DNA from: Guillardia theta CCMP2712
Taxonomy: Eukaryota; Protista; Cryptophyta
NCBI RefSeq assembly: GCF_000315625.1
Contig: NW_005434658.1
Location: 277,139-341,138, forward strand
DNA length: 64,000 nt
Direction: 5' to 3'
Each line of letters starts with the position of its first letter. The first letter of the stretch is position 1. Below are positions 1 to 12,673 of the stretch, one piece after another. The notes below the pieces were generated by a model, which was not told the origin of the DNA, made no database searches, and saw nothing but the letters and a program-made list of their open reading frames with translations. The translations under genes and the position numbers were made by a program.

Positions 1-616
1 GCAAGGATGCGCCGGGCAGCGCCAGCATGAGCGTGTCCAGCCACCTGCACGCGCTCTGCATCGCAGCTGCCTCGTCGCTCGTGCTGTCCGTCACGTAGAC
101 GGGCAGGAGGCGGTCGGACATCAGGAGCGAGTGTCCCACCAGGTAGCAGGCCTGACCTGCCAGGTCCCAAAACTGCAGCGACACGTTGGTGGTGGAGGAG
201 GAGGAGGAGGAGGACGATGGAGGAACGAGGAGACATAAGGAGGGAAGAGGGAGGAAGATAGCAGGAAGGAAGTTGGAGGGGGAGGAAGGGAGGGACAGAC
301 GGACGCACGGACGGACGAGGGACGAGGGACGAGGGAAGGAGGGAGGGAGCAAGAGGAGGCAGGAGAGAAGGAAGGACGGAACGTGCCTGGTGATATTCTT
401 GTCATCTGATATTTCTTGAGGTGTGTCGGTAGGTCGTCGTCTTGCTTGGCTGCAGAAAATCTCGAAGAGCTCCTGATGATCGAGAGACTGTCAGTGAACA
501 AGGTCCAGGGTGAGGAGGAGGAGGAGGAGGAGGTTGGGGAAAGAAAGTGGGAGGTACTGCTGCTGCTGCCGCAGCAGCAGCAGCGCTGAGAAGCACGGGG
601 TCGGGAATAGCTGGAA

Positions 617-657
<41 letters not shown>

Positions 658-1518
658 GAGCGGAAGCAGCACCTGGATTGAACCTCCTGGCTGCCTCTCG
701 TGTGCACGTCACGACCTGCCTCCCTCGCCTCGTCGCTCCTCGTGCTTGGGCGCTGGGGATGCTCCAACAGCTCCACCTTCCTCTGCTCGGATCTCTCACT
801 CGCTCGCCCTCCAGCTGACGTGGCAACGTACCGACTCGACCTTGAGCCCCCACGCGTGCTCGGCGGGAGGCTCGCCTTCCCCTCTCATGTCTTCCAGAAG
901 CTCATCATCCTCCTCTCCCTCCTCCCCCTCAGCTGGCGTCATGAACTGCACCAGACGCTTCAGCATGCCAATCTCTGGCTTGTTCGCTCCCATCCCATCC
1001 TATCCTATCCTATCCCCTCCATCCTCTCCCTGCATTCCTTCCCTCACTTCTCTGCTCTGCTCACGCTCTGCTCTGCTCTGCTCTGCTCTGCTCTGCTCTG
1101 CTCTCCTCTCCTCTCCTCTCCTCTCCTCTCCTCTCCTCTCCTCTCCTCTCCTCTCCTCTGCTCACGCTCTGCTCTGCTCTCCTCTCCTCCCCTCCCCTCT
1201 GCTCACGCTCTGCTCTGCTCTGCTCTCCTCTCCTCTCCTCTCCTCTCTTTCACCTCATCGCGGGAGAATTTGCAGTTGAAGGTTTCTGGAGCCAGAGGCG
1301 TCCGGCCAGGAAGACCAAAAGCTGCGAGTTTGCTGACCTGAGAAGAATCGATTAGAGAGCAATCGTGACTGGAGAAGGAAAGAGGGAGGAGGAGCGAGGG
1401 CAAGCAATGTGGACAGAGATTGAGGCGTCACCGAGTTCGAGAGATATTGGGCCCTATCAACCTTGTCGAGCATCAGCAAAACCAAACCAAACACCAAAAC
1501 ACCAGCACCAGCACCAGC

Positions 1519-1549
<31 letters not shown>

Positions 1550-3389
1550 GCACCAGCACCACCACCAACAGCATGGACTTACCGTCAGTTGCAGCCATTC
1601 AAGAACCGACTGACTTTCGTTCTCAACGAGAATCTTCTCCTTGCACACGGTGATTGACTCTCTTCCCGGCATGTCGACTGCAATAAGGCGGAATGACAAA
1701 CATCGCAAGAAAGCAAACAGCTTGCTGACATTGCTGGTTGTCAGTGTTGTTGATGTTGTTGTTCAGTTCAAGTCCAACCCCAACGGTGATAGACCGCCTT
1801 CTGCTTGCCTGCTCTGAACTGCTAGAAATGAAGGTTTCGTCAGATAAAAGCCGAGCCCCCAGCATCGAAAAGCTGACCTGACAGGTTGCTGTCTCTCTTA
1901 TCAATCATCTTGTTGTTTCGGAAGCGAAAATTGTTGCTGATCAGAGACTGTTGGCAAGTTTGTTAGGGGGAGAACGGAGGGAACGGGAAAGACACGTACG
2001 TTCTGAGCTATGACGTTTGCTTCTGCAACCTGATGGACCAAACTCACTGTTGTTATCATCGTAATCTTCACAACAGGAGCATTTCACAATTACATCATCT
2101 TCATCTCTATCATGATCTCCATCATAATCTCCGTCGTGATCGTCGTGATCCTCATCATCATCATCATTGCCCTCATCATCATCACCACCATCACCATCTC
2201 CATCATCATCATCATCATCATCTCCATCATCATCATCTCCATCATCGTCGTCGTCGTCGTCATCATCATCATCATCATCATGTCAAATCATTCCAACAAC
2301 AATCATCATATCTGGCTTCCAACCTTCCTCGACAACACGCCTCGTAGCACTCGACGGGAAATGATGTTGTTGATTGGTTGCCTGTTGTCATTCAGCACAT
2401 GAACATCTAGTTTATCAAAGTGATCAACGTTCTTGGAGAGATACTCTTCTTCAACAAGGCTTCCGTCTACAGAAATTGTTAGGGGAATCATTCGTTACAA
2501 CTTTGTAATGCTTCGCTGCAACACTCGCGTTATCAAATAATCTCCACAATCAATATGATCATTATCATCTCATCAGGATGGTTTTGTCGTCATCATCATC
2601 ACCACCACCATCAGCACCATCAGCACCACCACCACCACCATTGTTATCATCTCAGTCATCTCAAACATCATCATCATCGAAATCACCATCATCATCATCA
2701 TCATCATCATCTGAATCATCACCGCATTCGCCCTGTATCTGTGAAAGCTCGACAACATTCTTTAGAATTCCTTGCTTTCCTGCGCAAAAAACAGCAATGT
2801 CAAAAATTACATTCACTCGTATTCGACATCTCTGAAGAAGAAAATTTTCTTCCTCCTTCCTCGAACACAAAATATTTCTTTTGACTTTTCCAATCACCGT
2901 CTCATTTTTCCTCTCCTCCCCTCCCTCCCATCCCTCCCATCCCTCCCCTCCTCTACCTGGCATCGGATAATGCTCTGCAAACGTCTTGAGCTCTTCGCTG
3001 TCAAACATTTGCAAGAAGAAGGCTTCATCCTCCACCGATCGCTTCTTCACGCGCCCATCATGCAAGGCCTGCACACTTGGTCCTGTCTCTTGCTCCCTCT
3101 CCTCCTCCTCCCTCGCTGTCCTTCTCGATCCAACCTCCGTCGGCCTTTTCGATCTCCTTCAGACATGTCCCGACTCTTCACAAAACAAACAGATGGCTGC
3201 ACCTGTCCTGGTACGAATGAGCTTCAGGCAGAGGAGGCAGGAGCTCATCCGTCGCGTTGCTTGAGCTTGAACCAGATTGCGCCGATCTGTCAATCGAAGT
3301 CTTGTCAAACAACAACGTATTTGCGTCAAACAACAACACTGCAAACACGTTGTTGTTAGCGTCATCATCATCATCGCCATCATCTCCAT

Positions 3390-3420
<31 letters not shown>

Positions 3421-3443
3421 TACATCACCATCTCCATCTCCAT

Positions 3444-3494
<51 letters not shown>

Positions 3495-4550
3495 ATCTCT
3501 AACTCTAACTCTAACTCCATTGTCCTCAAACCTCTAAAATTGCAACACTGTCCTCCAAAACTTTCCACCTACAAGTTCTCACCTTCTCTCCCTGAAGCTC
3601 TGCCGTGATTGAGACCCATGAACAACTTGATCCGTGAAAACGTTCTTCCTCCTCTCCATATCCTCATGCTGCTCCAGGTCCGGCACAAACGCTGGAGGGA
3701 TCTGCAAACAAACATCATCTTGATTCTGTTCAACACCATCATGGTATGCACCAACGGCCGGATGGATGGTGACTTGGTATGCTGAGCCACAAACTTGCTC
3801 TTCCTCTGGCTCTGCAAGCTCTCAAGCTGAAGCAGCAAGTCACATCTAAAACTCCTCTAGGTTCACTGCAGCACCTGGCCAACCTTCCTAGCATCAAGAT
3901 TCGAATCTCTGTTGCTCGCCATGGCGCTCATTGGCGGAGGACCAGCTCTGTCCTCTGTGCTGGCAGAGCTCCTACTTCTCGTGACATTCAAGAAGCTGTT
4001 CGCCTGCAAGGACAACTTCACCTTCTCACACTTCATGCTATCAGGCACATACCCGATCGATGGCTTCATCGGGGTTGAGGGACTTCGAGTCGAAGGATGG
4101 CAGGTTCTTGATCAAGACTGCCCTTGTCATACCATTCCTGCGATCTGGGCCTTCCAACAGACTCGCTGCGATCCCTGCAATCTCTCTTCTCGGCATTCTT
4201 CCTTCCTGACTTGGTAATTTCTCTACCTCACAAACGAGATTCAACAGCCCACCCTTGCCCCTCACATGATCTTCAACTCAGAGCTTCGGCTGTAACACCA
4301 TGTCAGTACTCATCACAAAGGTCTCATCGAAACATGTGACGATCTGCACTGCGATTCCCCATGGCATGCTCATAGCGCCTTGGTTCTTTTCAGTACCCCG
4401 ATTTTCTCAGTCTCGGCACTATGTGTTTGCTTTTCCTGTCCTTCTCCCTCCGCTACCTTCCTTCTCTGTCCTCTCCCTCCTCTCCTTCTCCTTCTCGTGT
4501 CCTCTTCTTTCTCGCCATGCCATACACCAGATTGAGCATCGGCTTCCGAT
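1..4550 (-). CDS. Multi-exon gene, truncated at the window edge, with a Roc/small-GTPase-like segment (ROCO-like). Upstream exons are uncharacterised and may belong to a separate gene.
   Basis: Minus-strand translation of 172..1 (not in the ORF track) reads FWDLAGQACYLVGHSLLMSDRLLPVYVTD...ACRWLDTLMLALPGAS. This resembles the Roc G3 region (WDFAGQxxYxxxHxxFLS...WL). Exon fragments separated by microsatellite introns extend to about 4550. The 5' end is uncertain. Confidence 0.45.
1050..1245. repeat. (CTCTG)n/(CTCCT)n pentanucleotide microsatellite, intronic
   Basis: Direct tandem repeats visible in the sequence. Confidence 0.95.
2090..3495. repeat. Several degenerate (CAT)n/(CAC)n tracts (about 2090-2285, 2590-2710, 3362-3492), probably intronic
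   Basis: Trinucleotide tracts that generate spurious poly-H/I/S/M/D ORFs. Confidence 0.9.
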
Positions 4551-4838
4551 GTAGTGAGCCCCGCGGTTGGTAGGGGGTGGAATGAGGCTCATCATCGAGT
4601 CTTTGGGGGGCGATTTGGAGGTCAGGGGGGTACTGGTCTACAGGGGTAGGTCCATAGTTTCCATTTGGGTCTAGAAAGACAGGGGTACTAAAATGGATTT
4701 TAGTGGGTAATGGTCTTCAGAGAAGGGGTACCCAGTAGAAAGTAAAATTCACAGATGGGGTAGGTAGGTCTCGGACAGAGAAGAGGGAGTGGGGGTAGTG
4801 CCGTTTGGCCTGTGCGACAGTGTCAGGGTCAAGCCTCC

Positions 4839-4892
4839 TCGACTCTCCTGATTGTCCTCGTACTGATTTTTAACTTAACTTTGAGTAAAGAA
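4839..4892 (+). repeat. Dispersed ~54-bp conserved non-coding element, copy 1
   Basis: TCGACTCTCCTGATTGTCCTCGTACTGATTTTTAACTTAACTTTGAGTAAAGAA; one mismatch to 58865-58918. Confidence 0.9.
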
Positions 4893-5124
4893 GCTGTACG
4901 GTTGATGACCGGAAGTCAGGGCAGAGCAGAGCGCAACGGGGGAGAAAGGGGAGGAGCAGGACCAGGACCAGGAGAGCAGGAGAGCAGGAGAGAGCAAGAG
5001 AGCAAGAGAGCAAGAGAGCAAGAGAGCAAGAGAGCATGAGCATGAAGACAGGAGGGTAAGAAAGTAGACTACAGGAAGCGGCGCAAAGACCTAGAATTCT
5101 TCAGAACAGAACCCCCTGATTGAG

Positions 5125-5700
5125 ATGAATGCTGAAAGAAGAGGCTCGACGAAAGAATTCCCTTACTTTCGGCCGACGTTCAGCCCACAGTTTCGACCAG
5201 CCAAGGGCTTCTTCTATGATCATGCCTCGCCGGTCAGTGAGAGGGCGCACAGAGATCGTTTTGTCACTGGTGGGACTCGCCCGCGAACTGGTCGATCCCC
5301 CGACGGACGGGAGAAGGAGCCGAGGAGCACAGTGGAGGACCAGGCTTCCAACGTGCTTCACCTTGTGCTGGAGAACAAGATCAGCGACGACCGCTTCCTG
5401 ACCTTCGCATGCGCCGCATCGGGGGAGCTTGACGAGGCGCTGTGGAGGGAGGCATTGAAGATTATGCGGCACAGGCATGTTGAGCCGAGGGACAGTCACC
5501 GAACGGACTCGATCCATCACCGGCAGAGAAAGGCCGTCATCAAGCACATCATCCGCCCTCGGCTGGGGGCGTCCGAGGCGCTCGACGAGGCTTGCGGTGA
5601 ACGCGATTGTGACCCGTGCGGCGCAGGGACTGAACTTCGCTGCTGGCAGATGCTGTCGCCTTCGACTTGGAATCTCCCTTGCGAGCAACTTCCATTGTAG
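5125..5700 (+). CDS. Hypothetical protein, 191 aa, single exon
   Basis: ATG-initiated, non-repetitive ORF with coding-like composition; ends 123 bp from the PLAA stop (convergent pair). Confidence 0.55.
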   Translation: MNAERRGSTKEFPYFRPTFSPQFRPAKGFFYDHASPVSERAHRDRFVTGGTRPRTGRSPDGREKEPRSTVEDQASNVLHLVLENKISDDRFLTFACAASGELDEALWREALKIMRHRHVEPRDSHRTDSIHHRQRKAVIKHIIRPRLGASEALDEACGERDCDPCGAGTELRCWQMLSPSTWNLPCEQLPL

Positions 5701-5823
5701 GCTCCCCGTAGCCTTGTTCTTTGACCAACTCCATCAGATCTGCTGCTCGGGAGTTTTCCTTCGGAGATCCTCGGGAGTTTATTTACAGCCAGTGGTAAAC
5801 ACAGAGATCGTGAGCTGCTCTCG

Positions 5824-8712
5824 TCAAACGACTGAGAGGAGCTGGGACGCGCAGGCCTTGACCTGCTCTGACCATGATCGGTTGAAGAGAAGCAGACGGC
5901 ACAGACCTTGTCGCTAGGATGAGAAGCTTTGATCTCGTTAGCCACAGCCTGAACCTGAAATTCCTTGACCAGCTGCAGGCAAGTGAGGGCGCATGATGTC
6001 ACGAAAGCAAAGCTTACAGCTCTCGACTTGTCATCGATGCTTGCAAGAGTTCCCACAGCAGCGAGGGCTCGATAAACGCTGTCTTCACTCTCCGTCTTGC
6101 CGGCTTTTGGACATCGTCACATCACAAGGGAGATTGCAGCTGATGAGAGGATACCTGCATGGAGGAACTCTGCCCCACCAGAGATCGCCCGCTTCACCTG
6201 TTCCATGCCTCCGACTTCCGCAGCCTTCGTCTCGTACGCTTGGACAGCAACGTTGAGCAGCAACGTCGCGTATGCCAGGTTGACCTGAGACCAGTTGAGA
6301 GAGGGAGGCAATAAGGGAGCGCCTTCACCTGTGCGTTACCATAGGACACGGAGCCGTTGGTTGCCGGCAATACGACATCCAGTCGCTGTAGAATCAGTCA
6401 GTCTTAGAGATCACTGTTGACCAGCCGGAACCTTGGATATCAGCCCTCGCATGTCTGTGCTGCGGAAGCAATTCACGAAGAATCGGGTTGACATGATTCG
6501 TGTGGCTGCAGGAACAGACGCTGCCGGGCCGCTGGTCACACTCGCAACAGCCTTGACAACGTCAAAGTCCTCAGCGTTCTTGACTAAGTAGTTGACAACG
6601 AAAGGATTCAAAACAAGCAATCTGCAAGGTAAAGGAGTTTCAGACGTTTGGAACGGGTAATACGACGAGACCTGAGCACGTCTAAGACAGGGAAAAGATT
6701 CCCAACAGGCCACTTGAGCAGCTTGTTGCGCAGAAGCGCATACTCGTTGTTCGACGGCTTTGAAATTGCATCTTTCCCGAAGGCAACCTTGACCAGGTTG
6801 GCGAAGTAAATCTTCTCTTCACTGTTCATGGCCAGCTGGCTTAGCTTTGAGGCGAAATTTTAGATTTTTTAAGTCAGGGGCCAAGTAAAAATTTTGTACT
6901 TACGTTCTCGTCCATGCTGTTTGCAAGTGCGTCATTGAACTCCATCGCCTTCAAGGTGGATCAGCTCAGCCAGTGCGAAGGTGGTCCACAACTTACTTTC
7001 TTCTCGATGGCCTCTTGTTTTCCAGGCAGCTCGAAGAAAATCTAACGCCCAGCATCAGAGCTCGAGGGGAGCAGTGATAAAGTACAGGGTACCATCGCTT
7101 TCCGTGGGATGTGCTCTTCTGATGCAAACGTGACGAACGTTTCTTTCGCCGGCTTCTGGGACTCGTACATGGCATCGTGCGCTCCTGTCAGAGGATCCGC
7201 CCCTCTCGTGGGCCTTGACTCGGCACCGAGAGTCACGCCCTGGTTTGCGTTCTTGTCGATGAATTGAGCAATCTGTTCCAGATGATCTTGAGGCAGATCG
7301 TTGTTCCATATGAACTCCTGCAAACAAAAATGAAAAAAGGGAACGAGACCGAGACGGTGCGTACTTGAGCCACAGCATAGGGATTTTGACCATAGTTGTA
7401 CCCAAGCTTGAGGGTAACTCCCTCATCGATCTCGATGTCAAAGATCCTGTCATATGTTCTCCCATCCATCATCACTTGCCCTCCGTCGCCTCCTCCACCA
7501 GCTGGCCCATCAACAACAACTCCGATCTGATCCCACTTGCTCTCTCCCGAGTTCCACGAGTAAGCATATGCCTTCTCGTCAACACGAATGATCTTGGTTG
7601 CGCCATCTTTGGTACCGGGGGCCTCGAGGGCTTCCAAGCCGGGCAACTCACTCATTTTTACTCCTCCGACTTCTTGAGCTGCTATTGCTTGCGATGCCAA
7701 CGAAGCGTCATAAGCAGCGAGAACATCAGCATCAGCAAATCTGGACGTGTCACGCGAAAAAACACGAGCAATTCCATCAGCACAAGCTGTCACGATATCG
7801 CCATCTGGAAGAGTGCATACTGCCCAAACCGATCCTGTATGAGGCAGAGTTGCAACACAGTTGCCATCCCGCCAAACCTTGCAAGTCTTGTCTTCTGAAG
7901 AAGACACGATGTCTCCGGAGGGGAAAACAGATAAGGAGTAAACGAAACTTTGATGTCCATTCAAGACCATCAGGCAGTCTCCACTTAGCGCCCACAATCT
8001 AATCGAGCAGTCATTGCCAGCAGACGCGAACCCAACTCCTGGGAAATGAGCGAGCGCACGTACACAGTCTGAGTGTCCGGTGTAGGTATGCTCGCAAACG
8101 TTTCCTTTCCAGCGTTTGATGGTCTTGTCCGCCGAACCCGTCAGAATGGACCCATCCTCGAAGCAGATCGCCGCCCACACGGCTTGCTCATGGCCTGACA
8201 GCACGGAAACACAGCTCCTGGACTCAAGATCCCAAACACGCGCAGTCTTGTCCCAGGAGACGGACACCAGATGTCCAGTCGGGCTGATCGTCAGGCCGCA
8301 AACTGTGAGCGTGTGCCCCTCTAGAGTTCCCACGATCGAATCTCCCTCCCAGATGTTGATGACAGGCTTCACAATGGTTTGCCCACTCATTGTCCGGTCG
8401 TATCCACCTGAGACGACTGCCCCTTGCGGGTGCATCTTGCAGGGTGGAACCTCGGCTACACATGCAACGAAATGCTCGTGGCCGAGAAGCACAGCCGAGG
8501 CCTCAAACTGTCGCTCGCTCACCTTCGAAAGACACAAAATGTGAGAACAAGCAAGCAGAATGATTGTTGGGCGATACCTTGCTCCATTTCCTCACAGACT
8601 TGTCCCTCGAGCAGGTGACGATAGAACCGTCTGTTATTGTGCAGATCGAGCGGATGTCTTGTTCGTGCCCAACTAACTCGCATCGTAGTTTCCAGATGTC
8701 GCCGCTAGACAT
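5824..8712 (-). CDS. PLAA: Phospholipase A2-activating protein / Doa1/Ufd3 (WD40-PFU-PUL), multi-exon
   Basis: WD40 repeats (LVGHEQDIRSIC, GHSDCVRAL, GHQSFVYSL); PFU (YDRIFDIEIDEG, LKLGYNYGQNPYAVAQ, QIAQFIDKN, ADPLTG); PUL (KWPVGNLFPVLDVLR, LAYATLLLN). Last exon reads VKACASQLLSVV* with the stop at 5824-5826. Confidence 0.93.
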
Positions 8713-9508
8713 CTTTTGACCTGTCTAATAGCCAATTAGAGATGGAAAGAGTCCCTCCCGTCCTCTTCTTTTTCTCAAGCTAATGTAAATGCACATCTAC
8801 CTCCATCGACATCAATAGACGGCATGTCCGATCTCTGATCACCTAATCCTAAGCCCTCCTTCTCTTTCCTTCCATCGTGATCATCGTTCATGATCTCATA
8901 GTACTTTGGAAACCTCAGTATCTTGACCATCATGAGTTTCATCTTCAAAGGACCTCCAAAGCCTCCCTCCCCTCCAGCTACCTCACTTCGTTCCATCACC
9001 ATGCCTTACCTGCCTGTCCCTGCGCCTCTAATACAATTGTATGACCACTCTCTACTTTCCTGCTCCTCTCTTCCCTCCCTCCCTCCCTCCCCTCCCCTCC
9101 CTCCTCTGTATTTCTATGATGTATTTCGTGACAAGAACTTGCAGCTTGGTGAGAAAAGTAAGGCAACGGGGGACTTGTCGGAAAGGGGCGGGTAATACGC
9201 TTCCAGCATGCCAAACAACCAATGAGTGAATGCAGGACGGGGCTGCATTCAAATCATCACAGATAGCGGTAGGCTGGTCGCATCAGGAAGGCAGAAATTA
9301 CCATCTGAGGCAAGAGGGGACTGGAGCTACAGCGGGGAGGGTGTAGTAGCGATACAAGGGGATTTTCTCAAGATCATCAAGGATCGCATCATTGCTCCGT
9401 CAGGACCTGATTGCCTCTCAACTATGAAGCAATGTATGCGTTATTGAGGTAAAGGTCTTGTACAAGAATGCCCTAGGAGCCCTAACGGAAAGACGCCTTG
9501 TAGATGGA

Positions 9509-9608
9509 NNNNNNNNNNNNNNNNNNNNNNNNNNNNNNNNNNNNNNNNNNNNNNNNNNNNNNNNNNNNNNNNNNNNNNNNNNNNNNNNNNNNNNNNNNNN
9601 NNNNNNNN
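9509..9608. other. Assembly gap (100 N)
   Basis: Run of N. Confidence 1.
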
Positions 9609-10477
9609 CAAAAATTACAGGGGTACTTTATTCGATTTGATGAATACCAGGGGTAACTTAAGAAATGAAACATGAGGGGATCAAGTTTCATATGTGGGTA
9701 GGGGTAGTGAAAGATGATATGGGGGTGCTTGGATAGGGGTATGGACATTCCATTGGCCGTTGTCCACGTAACTATCTGTAACGGTCTGTAACGTGTAATC
9801 CGCGCATGGCAAGTGCCTGCCGCGGAACTTGGCAATGAGGGACTAGAGGACGAGGAGGACGAGGAGGACGAGGAGGACGAGGAGGACGAGGGCGAGGGCG
9901 GGGGCGAGGGCGAGGACGAGGACGAGGCGAGGACGAGGAGTGATGGTGAAGAGAGCGAGAGATAAGGAGAAGGAGAACGCTGTGAAAGAGACGGGGATGG
10001 AGTTGAGGAAGATTACGAAGGAGGAGGAAGAGAAGACGACAATGGCAAGGACTGGAACCCAACAAACTGTTGATCCCATGCCATGATGCTCCAACCTTGC
10101 CAACTTGCACTCGCACCCATCAAGTGAAGCCGTCTGACTTCTCCTGTTCACATCCGTTCGTAATCCCAGCGCTGCTTGCCTGCATTCGTGTGCCTATTTC
10201 CTTGGTTTCCTTTGCTCTTTCATCTTGCCTACTCTGCTGTGACTCAGTCATCATACAAACATCGGTGTTTCACTTGTATCTTGCAGTCCCTTGCTTTCTG
10301 TATCCCTCGCATTGTTCTTGTGGATTCTCAAGTCACGTTGTAGTTCCTTTCCTTGCGCTGCATGCCATCTGACACTTTCGCTGCATCGGCAGAACTTCTC
10401 GTCATGTTTTGAAGTCCCACAGACAGTGAAGAGTAGAGTGCAATCTTGATTTGCAACGGCTGGTCAATCTTTCGAGC

Positions 10478-12443
10478 ATGTCGGGCGGCTCGTCTTGGTC
10501 GAACGCGGACTTCCGGTCCCTGCTCTCCGGCAATTCCCTGAACGTTGCAGTGGGACAGACATGCAAGCTGAAGCACGAGGACGGGAGCACATCGGACGTG
10601 GAGATCGTAAGGCTGAACGTTCATCCAAACCCGATCATGCACGAGGTCAGGCTGGGAGGGGAGATCGTGCGGGTGAACGCAGATTCCCTCTATGTGGAAG
10701 AGGCTCCGAAGCAGAACACAGTGAGCTCAAGGGGCGTGTGGATCGAGTACAAGACCCCGGCGGGGAGGAGTTACTTCTACAACAGGTGAGCCCTGTGGTT
10801 GTGTGAGTTGGTGTTCAGTCCAGCTGTCTGCCTGGGCTTGCCTCTTGTTGATCAACCGGTGATGAACCGGTACCGCTGAGTGCGATCCGTACCTTGTGCG
10901 TCCTTCATGCCTGCTCTCCTCCCTGTACGCGATCCTCCTGTACTCTATGTAGTAAGGAAGCTACAAGATGCCAGACTCCCCCCAACCTTGACATCGTTAC
11001 TCACGCTGCCTCTGCTCAGCTTTAGCGGGGAGACGTCGTGGATCAGACCGACGACCGGGAGGATCCAGAAGGGCGCTGTCATGCGGCCCGTCCCCGGCAC
11101 CGACTGGTCCGAGTGCTTCACTCCCGCTGGTGACCGGTACTTCTACAGCAGGCGGACAGGGGTGACTAGCTGGGAGGTGCCGGAGGAGATCGCTTCCTTG
11201 GTGATGGGGCCGGGGGATGATGCAGAGGAGGAGATTGCAGTAGAGGGAGGAGGAGGAGGGGAAGGAGGGAACAATGGGGTGGCACAGCAAGGCTCGGCCG
11301 GCAATGCTGCAGGAGGTGAGGGCGGGGACTTGATTGTGGCTGGAGGCGGAGGGATGGAGGAAGTGGAGATGGGGGAGGAGGAGGCGTTGGAGGAGAAGAA
11401 GGCAAAATTCAAACGCTTCCTGCTGGAGAAGGGAGTCGTGGCAGGGTCGAGCTGGGAGAAGGAGCTTTCCAAGTTTTGCTTTGACAGCCGTTACAAGACT
11501 ATCCTGGACAACCCGAACGATCGCAAGTCGGTGTTCCACAGCCTGAACAAGATTGATGTGATGAAGTATAAGGAGGAGCTGATGATGGAGGAGGCCAACA
11601 AGAAGGCAGCGGTGGTGGAGGAGGCCAAGAAGCTGCTGGAAAGCTTCGAACGCGACGGGACCTTGACGTATGACATGGACATAGAGAGCGTCTGGTCTCA
11701 CCCCGTGATGGGAGAGAAGCTCAAGGCTCTGGATGTGGAGCGGACGGAGAGGAAGCTCATTGTGCTGGTGAAAGAGCTGACGCACAAGAAGTTTGCAGAG
11801 AAGAGGAAGGAGGTGAGATTAGGACGTCCCGTTCCTCTTCCCCGTCCCCGATCCCTTCCTGTGCCTCCTCCTCCGAATCTTTCTTCTCCTCCCCCTCCTC
11901 ACAGGCTCCTCCTACACTCCCCCTGCCACTCCCCCCTGCACGTCAGATCCGTTGACGTGCATGCTGCAGGTGGCTGAGCTTGAGGAGGCGATGAAGGAGA
12001 AGATCGTGGCGTTCGTGCACGAGAGGAGGCACAAGGAGTGGGTGCCCTTCAGAGAGAGTCTGTGCGAGCAGGACGAAGAGAGATGGAGGGACGTCGGGGA
12101 GGAGACATGGAGGGTGCTGGAGCGATGCTTCCTCGAGGCGGTCAAGGCGATCCCCATACCTGTGGTGAAGGAGAACAGGCCGTCCAAGGGGAAGGGGCTC
12201 AACCTGTTCAAGAAGAAGCCGGCGAAGCCCGCCGCTCCCGCCGCTCCTGCTGTCCCGCCCGAGGAGAAGAGGGAGGGAGGCAGGGAGCGGTCTCGGTCGA
12301 GAGAGCGATGGAGGGAAAGGTCACGGGAGAGAGGAAGGGATCGGTCCAGGGAGAGGGGGAGGGATCGATCGAGGGAGAGGGACCGGTCCAGGGAAAGAGG
12401 GAGAGACCGGTCAAGAGATCGGTCGAGAGAGCGTTCCACGTGA
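10478..12443 (+). CDS. TCERG1/PRP40C-like WW + FF domain protein with an RSRE-rich C-terminus (3 exons, about 10478-10785, 11020-11812, 11970-12443)
   Basis: WW1 WIEYKTPAGRSYFYN|SFSGETSWIRP; WW2 VPGTDWSECFTPAGDRYFYSRRTGVTSWEVP; FF domain FKRFLLEKGVVAGSSWEKELSKFCFDSRY; RS-like tail. Confidence 0.85.
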
Positions 12444-12673
12444 TATTGATGAAGATAAAGACATTGAAAACCTGGGTGCTAACAGATATGAAGGAGGGGA
12501 TGGAAAAACTTTGTTGACACGTGCTTGTTGGTTCACTTGCAACCGAGGATAGAACAGGAAGACAAGGAAAAACATCTCGAGAACTTGGCGTTACACACGT
12601 CATCACTATCCTGCTGGTTTGCACTATCAACTTCCCACCTGCTCTGTCCTCCTCTCCGACCTCTTCCCACTCC

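Noticed and set aside
8775-10400. Short ORFs flanking the first assembly gap
   Set aside because: No recognisable domain, low complexity and interrupted by Ns; I cannot support a gene or transposon call.
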